Shown one piece after another: positions 1 through 10,215 of a DNA stretch of 64,000 nt. The stretch lies in IMG/VR virus record IMGVR_UViG_3300028591_000074, positions 1 through 64,000 of that record. One strand, written 5' to 3'. The position numbers and the translations under genes were made by a program. This DNA comes from a virus (lineage: Duplodnaviria; Caudoviricetes). The notes under the pieces were generated by a model. It searched no databases and was not told the origin of the DNA. It saw only the letters and a program-made list of their open reading frames with translations. The stretch's first letter is position 1, and every line of letters begins with the position of its first letter.

Positions 1-379
1 TAAGCCAATCTCTGAACTTATCTGAATTACTCCAAGATATTCCACCAGATCCGGATCTCCAACCAGAACGACTTCCGATTAAAAATAACGGTGCAGAATA
101 CCCATTCGATTTCTTTGTTGGAAAATCATCTAATTGGCTATCAATAATAGGCATGATATCCTGATCGAGGTTCTCAATCATAAATTCAGCTTCTGTATTC
201 ATTAAATCATAATCTGTCCACCAATACTCATTAAGCCAATCATCAAAAGACAATGGCTCATCTCCATAGAATCCGCTATCAGGGTCTTGAATATCTTCTA
301 AATATCTATCATAAGATTCTCTTTGCCAATATTCATCTGACATAACTTCATCCACATCATTTGTCCATATAGCATCCAT
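1..379 (-). CDS. acidic hypothetical protein (3'-truncated by window)
   Basis: GAGGTG SD then ATG at 379; frame MDAIWTNDVDEVMSDEYWQRE... read by hand, appears open to window edge. Confidence 0.7.
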   Translation of the reverse strand, partial: MDAIWTNDVDEVMSDEYWQRESYDRYLEDIQDPDSGFYGDEPLSFDDWLNEYWWTDYDLMNTEAEFMIENLDQDIMPIIDSQLDDFPTKKSNGYSAPLFLIGSRSGWRSGSGGISWSNSDKFRDWL

Positions 380-413
380 AATTCATTCACCTCACATAGT
401 AATATCGTACAAT

Positions 414-800
414 TTAATAGATCGGAATACCGAAGGATTCAGCTTCTTCCTCGGTCATATCATGGATGTCACCTACTTTAAGTGGAACCAAAAAATTAGC
501 AATATACCAATCGACTTCTCCGTTCTTAAACGCCTCAAAATCACGCTCATCGGCCAATTCATTATTAACATCAACTTCAACGGAACCTTGAAGATACCCA
601 TCTAGGAAGTACACATCATCTAACTTTATATCCCAATATAATTCCTTATTGAGTTCGTTCAGAAGATCATTGATGGAATCATATTGACCACGAATATCAA
701 AATCCCAACCATTAACATGGGCACCTTCACCACGTGTATAGTCATCTTCATTAACATCTACAAATCCCTTATCATTTACAAAAATCTTAGACATATTCAT
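414..800 (-). CDS. acidic hypothetical protein
   Basis: ORF track, AAGGAG SD, D/E-rich. Confidence 0.8.
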   Translation of the reverse strand: MNMSKIFVNDKGFVDVNEDDYTRGEGAHVNGWDFDIRGQYDSINDLLNELNKELYWDIKLDDVYFLDGYLQGSVEVDVNNELADERDFEAFKNGEVDWYIANFLVPLKVGDIHDMTEEEAESFGIPIY

Positions 801-808
801 TATCTCCT

Positions 809-1339
809 TTATTTCTCAAACTTAAACCCGGAAATAGAATACTCACCAGTTTTATAATCTTTTACAATATACCCCTTGGCTTTCAAATCTTTCCAAGAAA
901 TATATGCGTATGTTTTGTATCCGGATCTAACTCCGTAACCACCATATGATTCCCCATTCAGATACCAAGAGCAACTTGCTACTTCTGATCCCCAATGATC
1001 GCTACCTCTTATAATACCATCAGATGAATACCAATATTCACTTGATTTCTTAATTTTTCCGCCACGACGGAAATCATGGTAATTCATGCTTACATAGTCC
1101 GGCTCTCGTCTTGGTCTTGACTTCCGTACTTCCCAAAATCCTATGGAATTTAGATAGTAGTTATTTTCATCTGCAACGTCTTCGGTAAAGATTGATGCAA
1201 GCGCATATTGAGCTTCCGGAGATTTTATTTCCCAACCATTATAATATAAGTTGCTTAGATATGCCAAATACTCCTGTGAGTATTCGCCATTTTCATTATA
1301 CATATTTGGTTCTGAATTAGATCGTATATATAATTTCAT
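809..1339 (-). CDS. hypothetical protein with MKLYIRS N-terminal motif (putative virion protein)
   Basis: ORF track, GAGGA SD, shared N-terminal motif. Confidence 0.75.
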   Translation of the reverse strand: MKLYIRSNSEPNMYNENGEYSQEYLAYLSNLYYNGWEIKSPEAQYALASIFTEDVADENNYYLNSIGFWEVRKSRPRREPDYVSMNYHDFRRGGKIKKSSEYWYSSDGIIRGSDHWGSEVASCSWYLNGESYGGYGVRSGYKTYAYISWKDLKAKGYIVKDYKTGEYSISGFKFEK

Positions 1340-1359
1340 GGAAATATATCCTCACAAAA

Positions 1360-1689
1360 TTACGTTGTACTAATAATATACAAATCACCATTTGAAACGA
1401 AGACTCTACCATCTTCGTCTTCTTCCGGATCAAATCCATATTCATCAATGCAATCTTCACGACTAAGGCAGCGGAATTCATTTACATAAGAATTATCAAC
1501 AATTTCTGCTACATCGAAATCATTTGCATTGAACATCTCATTATCAATGATTTCCTCAAACAGAACATGCCAAAGTTCTTCTTCATCTGAGGACAGTCTA
1601 TCCCGCTCAGACCACATATTATCAAATCTCTCCCAAAGCATCTCCGTTAAAATATCAGAATCGATCTTAACAGATATCATTCTGCTCAT
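1360..1689 (-). CDS. acidic hypothetical protein
   Basis: ORF track, GAGGT SD. Confidence 0.8.
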   Translation of the reverse strand: MSRMISVKIDSDILTEMLWERFDNMWSERDRLSSDEEELWHVLFEEIIDNEMFNANDFDVAEIVDNSYVNEFRCLSREDCIDEYGFDPEEDEDGRVFVSNGDLYIISTT

Positions 1690-1710
1690 AATATATTTAC
1701 CTCACTTATC

Positions 1711-2082
1711 CTATTCAATACCACGCTCTTCAAGAACAGCATCAATAGCCTGACCAAGTAAATAGCATCTTGCAGTTACATCGAAGTATTCCCAATCCTC
1801 TTCAAGGAACTTTTCACCAACTGTCTTTGCATCTACGCCGAAATCAGTAAGTGCCTCAATGACAGTATCAGTATCTGCTAATACATATTCTCTTGCTTTC
1901 CACCGATCAAATGTATAAGAACCGGAACCATTACCTGTTACAGAATCTTCAGTCCAAAGATCATCATTCAACGCATCACGAAGTTCATCTGCATCCATTT
2001 CTGCATAATCAGAACCTTCAAAATACTCATCAAGAAAATCTCTAACATCATCTGTTACTGCGTCAAGATAATTGTAAGCCAT
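1711..2082 (-). CDS. acidic phage hypothetical protein
   Basis: ORF track; translationally coupled to upstream ORF. Confidence 0.8.
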   Translation of the reverse strand: MAYNYLDAVTDDVRDFLDEYFEGSDYAEMDADELRDALNDDLWTEDSVTGNGSGSYTFDRWKAREYVLADTDTVIEALTDFGVDAKTVGEKFLEEDWEYFDVTARCYLLGQAIDAVLEERGIE

Positions 2083-2321
2083 TATTCATAATCCTCACTT
2101 TCATCATATTCATCTTCGTAGTCTTCTTCGTCTTCTTCAATACCAAAAGCATCTGCAAGCTGGCTGAAATTCCGAAATCCTGTAGTAGCATACAAAATGT
2201 CACGCATTGTTTCTTCGCTATATCCATTAATACTTGTCACTACTTGGAGTGTTTCTTCACTTGCAAACTCATGATCTCGAAGAATGTCCCACATTTCGTC
2301 TTTCTTAAGATTTTCCCACAT
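2082..2321 (-). CDS. acidic hypothetical protein
   Basis: Start moved to MWENLKK (2321) behind GGAGG SD. Confidence 0.75.
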   Translation of the reverse strand: MWENLKKDEMWDILRDHEFASEETLQVVTSINGYSEETMRDILYATTGFRNFSQLADAFGIEEDEEDYEDEYDESEDYE

Positions 2322-2325
2322 ATTG

Positions 2326-2619
2326 TTATTCCTCCCAATCATCATCTTCATCTTCTGTACCTTCGTACCAAAGAAGTTCAGCATCCGGATATCCAAGCCA
2401 CTGTGCATAAGTGTTATCTTCAAACCACAGAAAATCATTCAGTTCAATTTCATCAATACCTTCCGGATACAAATCTAAAAGATTATCAATAATAACTTCC
2501 AACTGATCATCTGAAAGGCTATCTACACGATCCTTTGCACCAGACCAAACCATATCACGGATATCCTGTGCATTCATTTCAGTTTCCTTAATAACTTTAA
2601 TATATCTCATAGTATCCAC
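2326..2619 (-). CDS. acidic hypothetical protein
   Basis: ORF track; likely start MRYIKV at 2610. Confidence 0.75.
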   Translation of the reverse strand: MDTMRYIKVIKETEMNAQDIRDMVWSGAKDRVDSLSDDQLEVIIDNLLDLYPEGIDEIELNDFLWFEDNTYAQWLGYPDAELLWYEGTEDEDDDWEE

Positions 2620-2655
2620 CTACTTTCTTAAAAGTACCTATATAGTTAATAAAGG

Positions 2656-3036
2656 TTAATGCCTTGCCCTACTCATAAATTCGACTGTACCACGATTTCC
2701 TTCTACATCATAGTAAGCAATCCTATCGCTAAGATTTCTTGGCTTCCGAATTACAGAATCACCTTGTACAAATGCTTGAAATCCAGATCTTGTTGCAGAA
2801 AGTTTGATGTAGTACCCTTCTTCGTATTCCTCTATTACACCCTGCCAGAATGAATCGGATGTAAGATGTAGGGTTATCTCGTTCATCTTATCAAACTGAT
2901 CGAATTTCTCCGTGATAGCAATCTCTAAAGCTTCCAAAGCATTTCTTTGGTCATCTGTTTTAATAGATGGTGTAGAAAACTTAGTCGTTCTAAGATATCC
3001 GGCAGGGATATCAGATGTTCGTATATATCGTTTCAT
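2656..3036 (-). CDS. hypothetical protein with MKRYIRTS motif
   Basis: GGAGG SD, AACCTTTAT motif upstream. Confidence 0.8.
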   Translation of the reverse strand: MKRYIRTSDIPAGYLRTTKFSTPSIKTDDQRNALEALEIAITEKFDQFDKMNEITLHLTSDSFWQGVIEEYEEGYYIKLSATRSGFQAFVQGDSVIRKPRNLSDRIAYYDVEGNRGTVEFMSRARH

Positions 3037-3076
3037 GATGATACCTCCATGTATTAATCCCTAATAGTAATAAAGG

Positions 3077-3559
3077 TTAATAGCACATCCATTTAAACTC
3101 GTGAGTCAATAGCCGACGAACAGTATATACATCAAAATCCGGAACTCTGCCCTGTTTATTAAAATCATTCAGCATCTTGAAAATATATCTATTCGCAAGT
3201 GCAGAAATCTGATTTTTAGTTTTCTTAGAATTAAGATATGTCCGGTTCTTCCATGTATAAACTTTTTCACCACCTACATATAATGATACGTGGCATTTTC
3301 CATTCCAATCCGGATTGCTCCGGCAGATATACATATGTATAGAACATCTGTAATGTCCGTAATCCTTATAATAATTTTGACAGTACCATGGATCACCATA
3401 ATGTACATAATGAAGATCATCCACATTGTAGTATCTACCCTTGTAAGAATACAACCGGGAATCTACTTGTTCTATATCTGATTCCTTTGCAGATGGATCA
3501 TTGATGAATTGTAGAAGTAGTTTAGTTTCTTTCATAGTTACCGCCTTTCGTATCAACAA
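3077..3559 (-). CDS. hypothetical protein
   Basis: ORF track; sigma-A type promoter upstream (TTGACA-17-TAATAT near 3578-3606). Confidence 0.7.
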   Translation of the reverse strand: MLIRKAVTMKETKLLLQFINDPSAKESDIEQVDSRLYSYKGRYYNVDDLHYVHYGDPWYCQNYYKDYGHYRCSIHMYICRSNPDWNGKCHVSLYVGGEKVYTWKNRTYLNSKKTKNQISALANRYIFKMLNDFNKQGRVPDFDVYTVRRLLTHEFKWMCY

Positions 3560-3652
3560 TATGTCCCCTATGTCTGTATATTATCACATATATGATAATA
3601 TGTCAATACATTATGATAAATTTTATAATAAATTTATCATAATATAACTAAT

Positions 3653-3683
3653 AAAATAGCAAGCAGATTTCTCCGCTTGCTAC
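3653..3683 (-). terminator. intrinsic terminator
   Basis: TAGCAAGC/GCTTGCTA hairpin followed by T-tract on minus strand. Confidence 0.7.
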
Positions 3684-3688
3684 TTATC

Positions 3689-3982
3689 CTATTCAACATC
3701 AATATCCAATGGTAAGCTGCGTCTCCTACTTACTTCCAGATCACCCGATTGCAATGCTTTTAATGCCTTTTGGCAATCTTCTTCTGTACCATAATCATAG
3801 ATAGTAAATACAAGATTATCTGGACCACGGAGTTGTCTTTCAAGATCGATAATGAAATATTGCCATGTTCGTTTCGGATTATACGATTGCATACATATGA
3901 TAAATCTTTCATCCCTTGCCATTACTTTCCAGGATTTCTTGTTATCCGGTATATAAATTTTATCGCCAACTTCTACCCTCAT
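3689..3982 (-). CDS. hypothetical protein
   Basis: ORF track, GAGGTGG SD. Confidence 0.75.
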   Translation of the reverse strand: MRVEVGDKIYIPDNKKSWKVMARDERFIICMQSYNPKRTWQYFIIDLERQLRGPDNLVFTIYDYGTEEDCQKALKALQSGDLEVSRRRSLPLDIDVE

Positions 3983-4387
3983 TTAGTTCCACCTCATTCC
4001 GTTCCCAGTGTTATAACATTCCTGTAAGAATAACGTAAATTTACCCCATTCAATCGGCCAACCGTAATTATCTTCCAATGGAGCATCTTTTATCAGATCA
4101 TAAAGTTTTCCACATCCTTTTGAATCATAACTTCCATCTGTATCAGAAATCCAAAGGAATGAAACTATGTCACTATCTAAATGTTTAGAAGATTCAATCA
4201 AATCCAATTTTCGTACAATGTCTTCCATTTCATCACGACAATACCATATCTTATCACCTAATGTCCGATATAATTCACCATAATTTGGATCAAGTATGTG
4301 TGCAATTTCTTGACGCATTTGCTTAAAGCTCCCATAGGTTATATTAAATTCGTAATCAGAATTTTCTGCAAAGATTCTAATTCCCAT
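3983..4387 (-). CDS. hypothetical protein
   Basis: ORF track, GAGGT SD. Confidence 0.75.
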   Translation of the reverse strand: MGIRIFAENSDYEFNITYGSFKQMRQEIAHILDPNYGELYRTLGDKIWYCRDEMEDIVRKLDLIESSKHLDSDIVSFLWISDTDGSYDSKGCGKLYDLIKDAPLEDNYGWPIEWGKFTLFLQECYNTGNGMRWN

Positions 4388-4425
4388 AAGCCTACCTCAA
4401 ATTTCGCGTTCTAACATCATAATGT

Positions 4426-5301
4426 TCACTCTCCTACGTAAACCAATTTCTCAATATAATCTCTACCTTCCCCACTGAAAATAGGAATGTTCGTATCTAA
4501 AATCCAACCGTTTTCAGTCTTAATACAACATGTTCCACGCTTCTCCGGAACAGAAAAATCATTCCAGTTAATTCCTTTCTGCTCATGCAACATTTCCTGA
4601 ATATCATTGCAACTCTTACCATGAAGTTCCTTATGAGAGAAATTCGCTTGACCTGCCATCTGGATAGAGTTCCGAGTTGCATCAAGCTGTCTCCAATAGA
4701 AATAGTTTGTTACTTCTTCCTTTGGAATATTGAAACACCGGGAATCGAACATAGCATGTTTCGATACTCGATCATAGACACCACATAATTTGCAGAAATC
4801 TTCGTTTCGGTTATAGAACAATCCATGATCCTCTGTAGTCCAATCATCCGTGAGTTTTCCAAGTTCTTCTTCCATAGCCTTTACTCTTGCTGGGTATCCA
4901 ATTTTATCATCATTTATGAAGAACATATGTGAAAGTAGATCAAATACAATATTAAACGACTTGGTCGCCATAGAAGCTGAAATGCTACAAATCTTCTGAA
5001 CCTCATTATCAAACCATGCTTGACTGTTTAGATCACTATAATCTACAAGCAAAAGTGATATCTCATCAGATTGTGTATACCCTAATACACACCCTTGAAT
5101 GTTCTCACATAAAGACTTCATTGTTTCTTGCATAGATCTCATAAGGATCTGGTCAAATGGTTTTTGAAATCCACGTGTATATGAATGGAATGATTTACCA
5201 TCGATTCTTATTATTACTGGAGTTCTCCGAGTAAGTTTGTATTTTGTGATTGTTTCATAATTATTCTTCATTCTAATTCCGATATCATCATGTACTGGCA
5301 T
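4426..5301 (-). CDS. thg1: tRNA(His) guanylyltransferase Thg1-family / 3'-5' polymerase
   Basis: RIDGKSFH, YTQSDEISL, FDSR, WRQLDATRNS, GINWND motifs. Confidence 0.93.
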   Translation of the reverse strand: MPVHDDIGIRMKNNYETITKYKLTRRTPVIIRIDGKSFHSYTRGFQKPFDQILMRSMQETMKSLCENIQGCVLGYTQSDEISLLLVDYSDLNSQAWFDNEVQKICSISASMATKSFNIVFDLLSHMFFINDDKIGYPARVKAMEEELGKLTDDWTTEDHGLFYNRNEDFCKLCGVYDRVSKHAMFDSRCFNIPKEEVTNYFYWRQLDATRNSIQMAGQANFSHKELHGKSCNDIQEMLHEQKGINWNDFSVPEKRGTCCIKTENGWILDTNIPIFSGEGRDYIEKLVYVGE

Positions 5302-5319
5302 AAGTATTCACCTCGTTTC

Positions 5320-5859
5320 TTAAATTCTGTACTTCAGATGCATGTAAGCCTTACATATTCTGTTTGCATGAAAATTTTCGCCATATTGATACACAATAGG
5401 AACTACAAACCCATCGGTAGCGAGTAGCATCTGCATACATACATCTTGTGTTCGTGTATATCCTTGTTCTATGCTTATGATGATTCTATGCATCCAATCT
5501 GTAGGAAATCTCATCTGTATTCTAGCAATATTTCTTCCTAACTCATACATGCAGATTGGCTGATCGCTACTGCTATTTGCAAAATACATTGACAGTATGT
5601 CTGCTTGTTCTAACCACCGAAACTCCCACGAAATCTGGGTTGATGCTGCAGATGGATCATTGATAGGAAAATTGTCACGTCTCGGATTGAACAAAACAAG
5701 ATCATCAAGTGAACCTGATTCAGGAGATGTATCCCAGTCCTGAAGTGTACGTATAACATTAGACTGCCAATCAGAACAATTTGTGATTCCACCTGCAAGA
5801 AACACTAAGATGTCAGTTCCTTTAGCAGTGTATTGTTCAGGTGCTGTAATTATCTTCAT
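5320..5859 (-). CDS. nucleoside 2-deoxyribosyltransferase-like protein
   Basis: VFLAGGI...WQ...NPRR...QISWE...PICMYELG pattern. Confidence 0.75.
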   Translation of the reverse strand: MKIITAPEQYTAKGTDILVFLAGGITNCSDWQSNVIRTLQDWDTSPESGSLDDLVLFNPRRDNFPINDPSAASTQISWEFRWLEQADILSMYFANSSSDQPICMYELGRNIARIQMRFPTDWMHRIIISIEQGYTRTQDVCMQMLLATDGFVVPIVYQYGENFHANRICKAYMHLKYRI

Positions 5860-5896
5860 ATATCGTCTCCTTACTTTAGAATTCTAGAACAACTAC

Positions 5897-6409
5897 TCAA
5901 TCCTCATAAATAGAATCTATTATGTTGCACTGGAACATTATCTCTTTAGCCCAGTTACGAATCTGCTTCACATCTGAAGTAGTCTGATTTGGTACACATT
6001 TCTGAATAGATTTCTTGATAGCATCTGTCAGTTCATCAATCCGTCTGTATGCAACAATGTGTGCAGAAGTCAGATTCGTTGACGCATCATGTAATTCTTT
6101 ATCGTGCAAAAGTTTATCTTGCTGTACAAACCAACTATTTCCAATAGTGTCTTTTGGTTTACCAACATAAAATATAGTTACCAAAAAATCATTCTTTTCA
6201 GAATCAAATCTGCAAATGGCACCGAGTTCACCAGATGAAAGAAGACGTAAGTTATCACCGTCGCAAGCAATGATTATATGTCCACATTCACAACCTACAG
6301 TAATTGAATCGTTCTTTTGTTCAGAATATATGTAAGTTTCTTCCGGAAAAATCTCATTACAACCAGTTACAAAAAGATTTCTAGATGTATTATTTCGAAT
6401 TAGCATCAA
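5897..6409 (-). CDS. hypothetical protein
   Basis: ORF track. Confidence 0.65.
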   Translation of the reverse strand: MMLIRNNTSRNLFVTGCNEIFPEETYIYSEQKNDSITVGCECGHIIIACDGDNLRLLSSGELGAICRFDSEKNDFLVTIFYVGKPKDTIGNSWFVQQDKLLHDKELHDASTNLTSAHIVAYRRIDELTDAIKKSIQKCVPNQTTSDVKQIRNWAKEIMFQCNIIDSIYED

Positions 6410-6421
6410 ATCACCACCTTA

Positions 6422-6799
6422 CTAAAATTCAACATCAATGCTGAAAGAAAATGTACAATCACCGGAAACATATCCGTAATTATCATATTCTTCTAAGACC
6501 TCTAGTAGCTTACACTTCGAACAAGCACAATAGTTTTCATAACGATCACACTCGCTATCAACATGGTCATCGGAACAATTCTTGCCAGTATGCTTAAATA
6601 ATGGAAGAATGATGTCGCGGTGTTCTGCAATGTGGCGAACTAAATCATCGGACTCTTCCTGTTTCAAATTTTGTAGATCATTATGCAATTCTGCAATAGT
6701 TGCAGATATAGAATCCATTGTCTTTTCATGATATTTCGTCAATTGGATTTTCTTACCTACCAATTCATCAATCTGCTTGCGAATTTCATTTTCTGTCAT
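6422..6799 (-). CDS. hypothetical protein (coiled coil + Cys cluster)
   Basis: ORF track, GAGGT SD. Confidence 0.7.
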   Translation of the reverse strand: MTENEIRKQIDELVGKKIQLTKYHEKTMDSISATIAELHNDLQNLKQEESDDLVRHIAEHRDIILPLFKHTGKNCSDDHVDSECDRYENYCACSKCKLLEVLEEYDNYGYVSGDCTFSFSIDVEF

Positions 6800-6812
6800 G
6801 ACCTCACCTACC

Positions 6813-7874
6813 TCAAAATATTATATCAGAATCGTCAATTTTTGTATTTTTCAGATACTTTTCCGTGTATAATACTCCCCAATTTGCTTTCATCAGGAAC
6901 TCATCAATTCGATTGTAATCCGGTTTTGGTGGAAGTACGGAATGTTCTTTTGCATGTTCCAATCTGGATTCATAATCGTGAACCATATCAAAGAATTCCT
7001 TTGTAGGCTTCCCATCTTCACCAAGATACTTACCGTTTCGAATATCCATGAGCAAATCATGTTCTTTCTCACGATAAGTTACAATCTTACCATCAAGTAA
7101 CAAATCTTCACACATCATATAAAGACGAAGCAGATGCATAGAATGTTTTGCAATCTTACCATGTGCAAGTGCATGATCATTCCGCTTACTGTTCTTATTA
7201 TACTCACGTATAACTGTATTAAGGGAATTAAGTACAGATGCAAGATCTTCTGCCGGATAATCTTCTACATTAAGATCAAGAACAATCTTACCATCTTTCA
7301 GCTTCACATCTACATCATGAATGTTGTGCTGATATTCTAAGGTATCATGCATACCATTCAAAGTTTTTACAATGTGTGCATTATATTCTTCTTCAGACAT
7401 TGCAACCAGTGATTTCTGCTGAAGCCGATACATCTGCTGATTTGCGTATCCCATAAATGATCCGATACATTTATTAGACAAGAACATATCGTAGTTGTTC
7501 AGGAGATCTACGCCCAAGGAACTCATATACAAGTAGTGTTCTGGTTTTAACCCTAGCATCTCAATTACATTAGGGTTGCAGTTAGTAAGCAGACTAACCA
7601 CTTTCTTCAGTGAGTAAATCGTTGTGTCTGTTGGTTCATTACAAACCTGCTCAAATCCCCTATTAAGTAAAATATCCAGTGCAGAATTCAATGCTATCCC
7701 TCGAATATCAACATCTGAGGTTTCAATATTTGTACCGTAGGCGTAAGAACCGCCGAGTCCAACAAGAATAGGATCATGCAATTCCGGAGTTGTATCTAAA
7801 AATTCATACGGAGATTCATCAACAGAAATATTTAGTTTCCTCAGAGAACCTATTACATATTCTTTAAGTTTCAT
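6813..7874 (-). CDS. Pol-beta superfamily nucleotidyltransferase (RNA-repair associated, RlaP-like)
   Basis: GGSYAYG...SDVDIRG catalytic motif, NPNVIEML, KHSMHLLRL; overlaps Pnkp-like gene. Confidence 0.82.
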   Translation of the reverse strand: MKLKEYVIGSLRKLNISVDESPYEFLDTTPELHDPILVGLGGSYAYGTNIETSDVDIRGIALNSALDILLNRGFEQVCNEPTDTTIYSLKKVVSLLTNCNPNVIEMLGLKPEHYLYMSSLGVDLLNNYDMFLSNKCIGSFMGYANQQMYRLQQKSLVAMSEEEYNAHIVKTLNGMHDTLEYQHNIHDVDVKLKDGKIVLDLNVEDYPAEDLASVLNSLNTVIREYNKNSKRNDHALAHGKIAKHSMHLLRLYMMCEDLLLDGKIVTYREKEHDLLMDIRNGKYLGEDGKPTKEFFDMVHDYESRLEHAKEHSVLPPKPDYNRIDEFLMKANWGVLYTEKYLKNTKIDDSDIIF

Positions 7875-10089
7875 CTTTCACCTCCGTAGTCTTCATGTAT
7901 TTGTAAAACTCATTTCTCAAGTAAATGATATCTCTTGGTATCAAGTCTCTCTGCTCTCTTGTTTCCGCATCATTGTATAACTTCTGACAGAACGAATAGA
8001 ACATGTTAGCTTCGGGAGTAGTAAGTGACCCAGTTCTCCGGAAATATCCAGATCTAAGAACTTCATGTGCTACACCCCTCATAAATTTCCAAAAGTTGTA
8101 GTACTGAAGTTTTATCTTAACCATTTTACCTTCTGCATCTTCTATAACAAAACCCTCAATGATTTTTCCGTTGTATTCATAACACTCAGAAGTTACTTCG
8201 TTATACCAATCAACAAAATCACCCCAGTTAGCAATCTCAAATGCCTTTTCTTTGACCTTAATCTTGAGTGCAGATCCGATATTCAGAAGATTTTCGTAAG
8301 GAATCTGCTCAAACTTCATTGTGTTTTTCACTATAGTGAGTAAAAACAGTTCTGATTTTGGATACTCAATAACATGAGGATCATTCTTCATATCTACACA
8401 TTCAAAAACAAATGAAACATCCTTGTCCTTACATATTTCTTTCATCCTATCTCTAGAAGGTTCAGACATTTTAGAGAACAGCATATTTTTGAATAGTTCG
8501 GCATAGTTTCCTGTAGGATTAGATTTTGTAGTTATGAAAAGATCGTCATTATCTGCATCATAGGATACAATTCCGAGGAACCCATTTTCCTTGACATAAC
8601 AAGTTACAGGAAAATTCAATGAATACTTCAACATGTCGAACTTTGTTTCCAGCATTTCGTTGATATTGAAGAACTTATCATATGCCCGAGCAGCAACTTT
8701 CATACGTAACATGTCAATATAAAGGCCTCTTGCCTTTACTGTCTGCTCGTTCCAAACCTTGTCATAGAAAGCATCTCGTGTGAAATTGAATGAGGAAATA
8801 TTGCCGAACTGCTTCTCAGTTACATGCTTGTTTGCTCGCAGAGCTAACACCACATCTGCAATGCTACTGATGTTGAGTTCAGTCTGTGTAGCAATTTTCT
8901 CAGGTTCTTTAAAAACATTGTTTTTGATCTCAACTTCATTAAACCCATTATGTGTCAGTTCGAGAATCCGGAGATGTCCACCAAACTCAACATCATTCTC
9001 AAGATCATAAACTCGGCCTCTAAGTTTCATAGGAGAAGCCTTTGTGTTTCTGTGTCCAAAAATCTGATACTGAGAATCTGAAGTAGTTCTCATCCAGGAA
9101 TCTGCTACAGTTTCGTAATCGTCATAATTACCAACACCTTTAATCATCTGCTCTGTGGACATGAAGCTCAAGTTATCCGGAAGTGCTGCAATACCTGCAT
9201 GAGATACAAATACATCCTTATTATCATACTTGTACCATGCACACTGTCCCAACTTGCGATACAGCTGACGAATCGCTTTTACATCAACATGTGCTTCCTC
9301 AAGCTGCTTCCGAGTAACCAGTTCGAATTCTTTGGACCTTCCTACTCCACCATGTGCATAGATCCAAAGCCATCTTTCATGGTTGCCTTCGAGAACAAGT
9401 ACATTCTTCTTGTTAATAATCTGAGTGAACCAATTTACAACTTCAACATTCTCAATTCCGCGATCAATCAAATCGCCTACGAAGATGTACATTGTGTTGT
9501 CATCAAGTCCATCTTTGAAATACTCCATAAGTGCTGTATAGCAACCATGGATATCTCCAACATGCACAACCTTATCATAACTTGAAAAATCAACCTGACG
9601 CATCCAAATAGTATCAAGCTCCTCAGGCTTGATCACCTTTACACCGGAAGGAATCTTCTGAGTACCAAATCTTGAATACATCTTATCAATGACATACTCC
9701 GGAACCTGCTTGAGTACAGGTCTAGATGCATTCCGTCGCTTACACTCTTCGATAGGAAGATCTGTCATGTCAATACAGAAAATTCGGTAACGATAGGTAT
9801 CGCACATCTCTTTGTAACGGTTGATTTCAACTGTCTTAGAGTTTGTAGCATCAATAACAGTGAATTCACCATTACGCATACGAATCTCCAAAAGTTTGAA
9901 AAGCATGTTCCAAACATCCTTTTCATTCTTCTGACTGATCTCTACCCTGCCATCTGCGGTCTGCTGTGCTGACTGACACTGAAGCCGAATTTCATCAGCT
10001 GAAAGTGCATAAGGACGCAATCCATTCTGATCGATGAATGTTGATTTTCCGCACCCAGGTGCTCCTCTAAATAACAAAAGTATTCTCAT
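7864..10089 (-). CDS. Pnkp-like RNA repair enzyme: polynucleotide kinase + metallophosphoesterase + RNA ligase
   Basis: GAPGCGKS P-loop; GDIHG/GDLIDRG/GNHE phosphoesterase; KENG and EGFVI...KIK ligase motifs. Confidence 0.88.
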   Translation of the reverse strand: MRILLLFRGAPGCGKSTFIDQNGLRPYALSADEIRLQCQSAQQTADGRVEISQKNEKDVWNMLFKLLEIRMRNGEFTVIDATNSKTVEINRYKEMCDTYRYRIFCIDMTDLPIEECKRRNASRPVLKQVPEYVIDKMYSRFGTQKIPSGVKVIKPEELDTIWMRQVDFSSYDKVVHVGDIHGCYTALMEYFKDGLDDNTMYIFVGDLIDRGIENVEVVNWFTQIINKKNVLVLEGNHERWLWIYAHGGVGRSKEFELVTRKQLEEAHVDVKAIRQLYRKLGQCAWYKYDNKDVFVSHAGIAALPDNLSFMSTEQMIKGVGNYDDYETVADSWMRTTSDSQYQIFGHRNTKASPMKLRGRVYDLENDVEFGGHLRILELTHNGFNEVEIKNNVFKEPEKIATQTELNISSIADVVLALRANKHVTEKQFGNISSFNFTRDAFYDKVWNEQTVKARGLYIDMLRMKVAARAYDKFFNINEMLETKFDMLKYSLNFPVTCYVKENGFLGIVSYDADNDDLFITTKSNPTGNYAELFKNMLFSKMSEPSRDRMKEICKDKDVSFVFECVDMKNDPHVIEYPKSELFLLTIVKNTMKFEQIPYENLLNIGSALKIKVKEKAFEIANWGDFVDWYNEVTSECYEYNGKIIEGFVIEDAEGKMVKIKLQYYNFWKFMRGVAHEVLRSGYFRRTGSLTTPEANMFYSFCQKLYNDAETREQRDLIPRDIIYLRNEFYKYMKTTEVKDET

Positions 10090-10143
10090 AGTCCTAACCC
10101 TCCTTTTGGATACTTGATACTTATTCCTTACAAGTATAAGTAT

Positions 10144-10167
10144 ATACTAATATGTATAAAAAGTCAA
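10144..10167 (-). promoter_or_regulatory. sigma-A type promoter for tRNA-repair operon (approximate bounds)
   Basis: TTGACT-17-TATACT. Confidence 0.7.
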
Positions 10168-10215
10168 TACACAAAATAAAAAATATTTTTACAAGATTCT
10201 TTCACGGATGACTTC

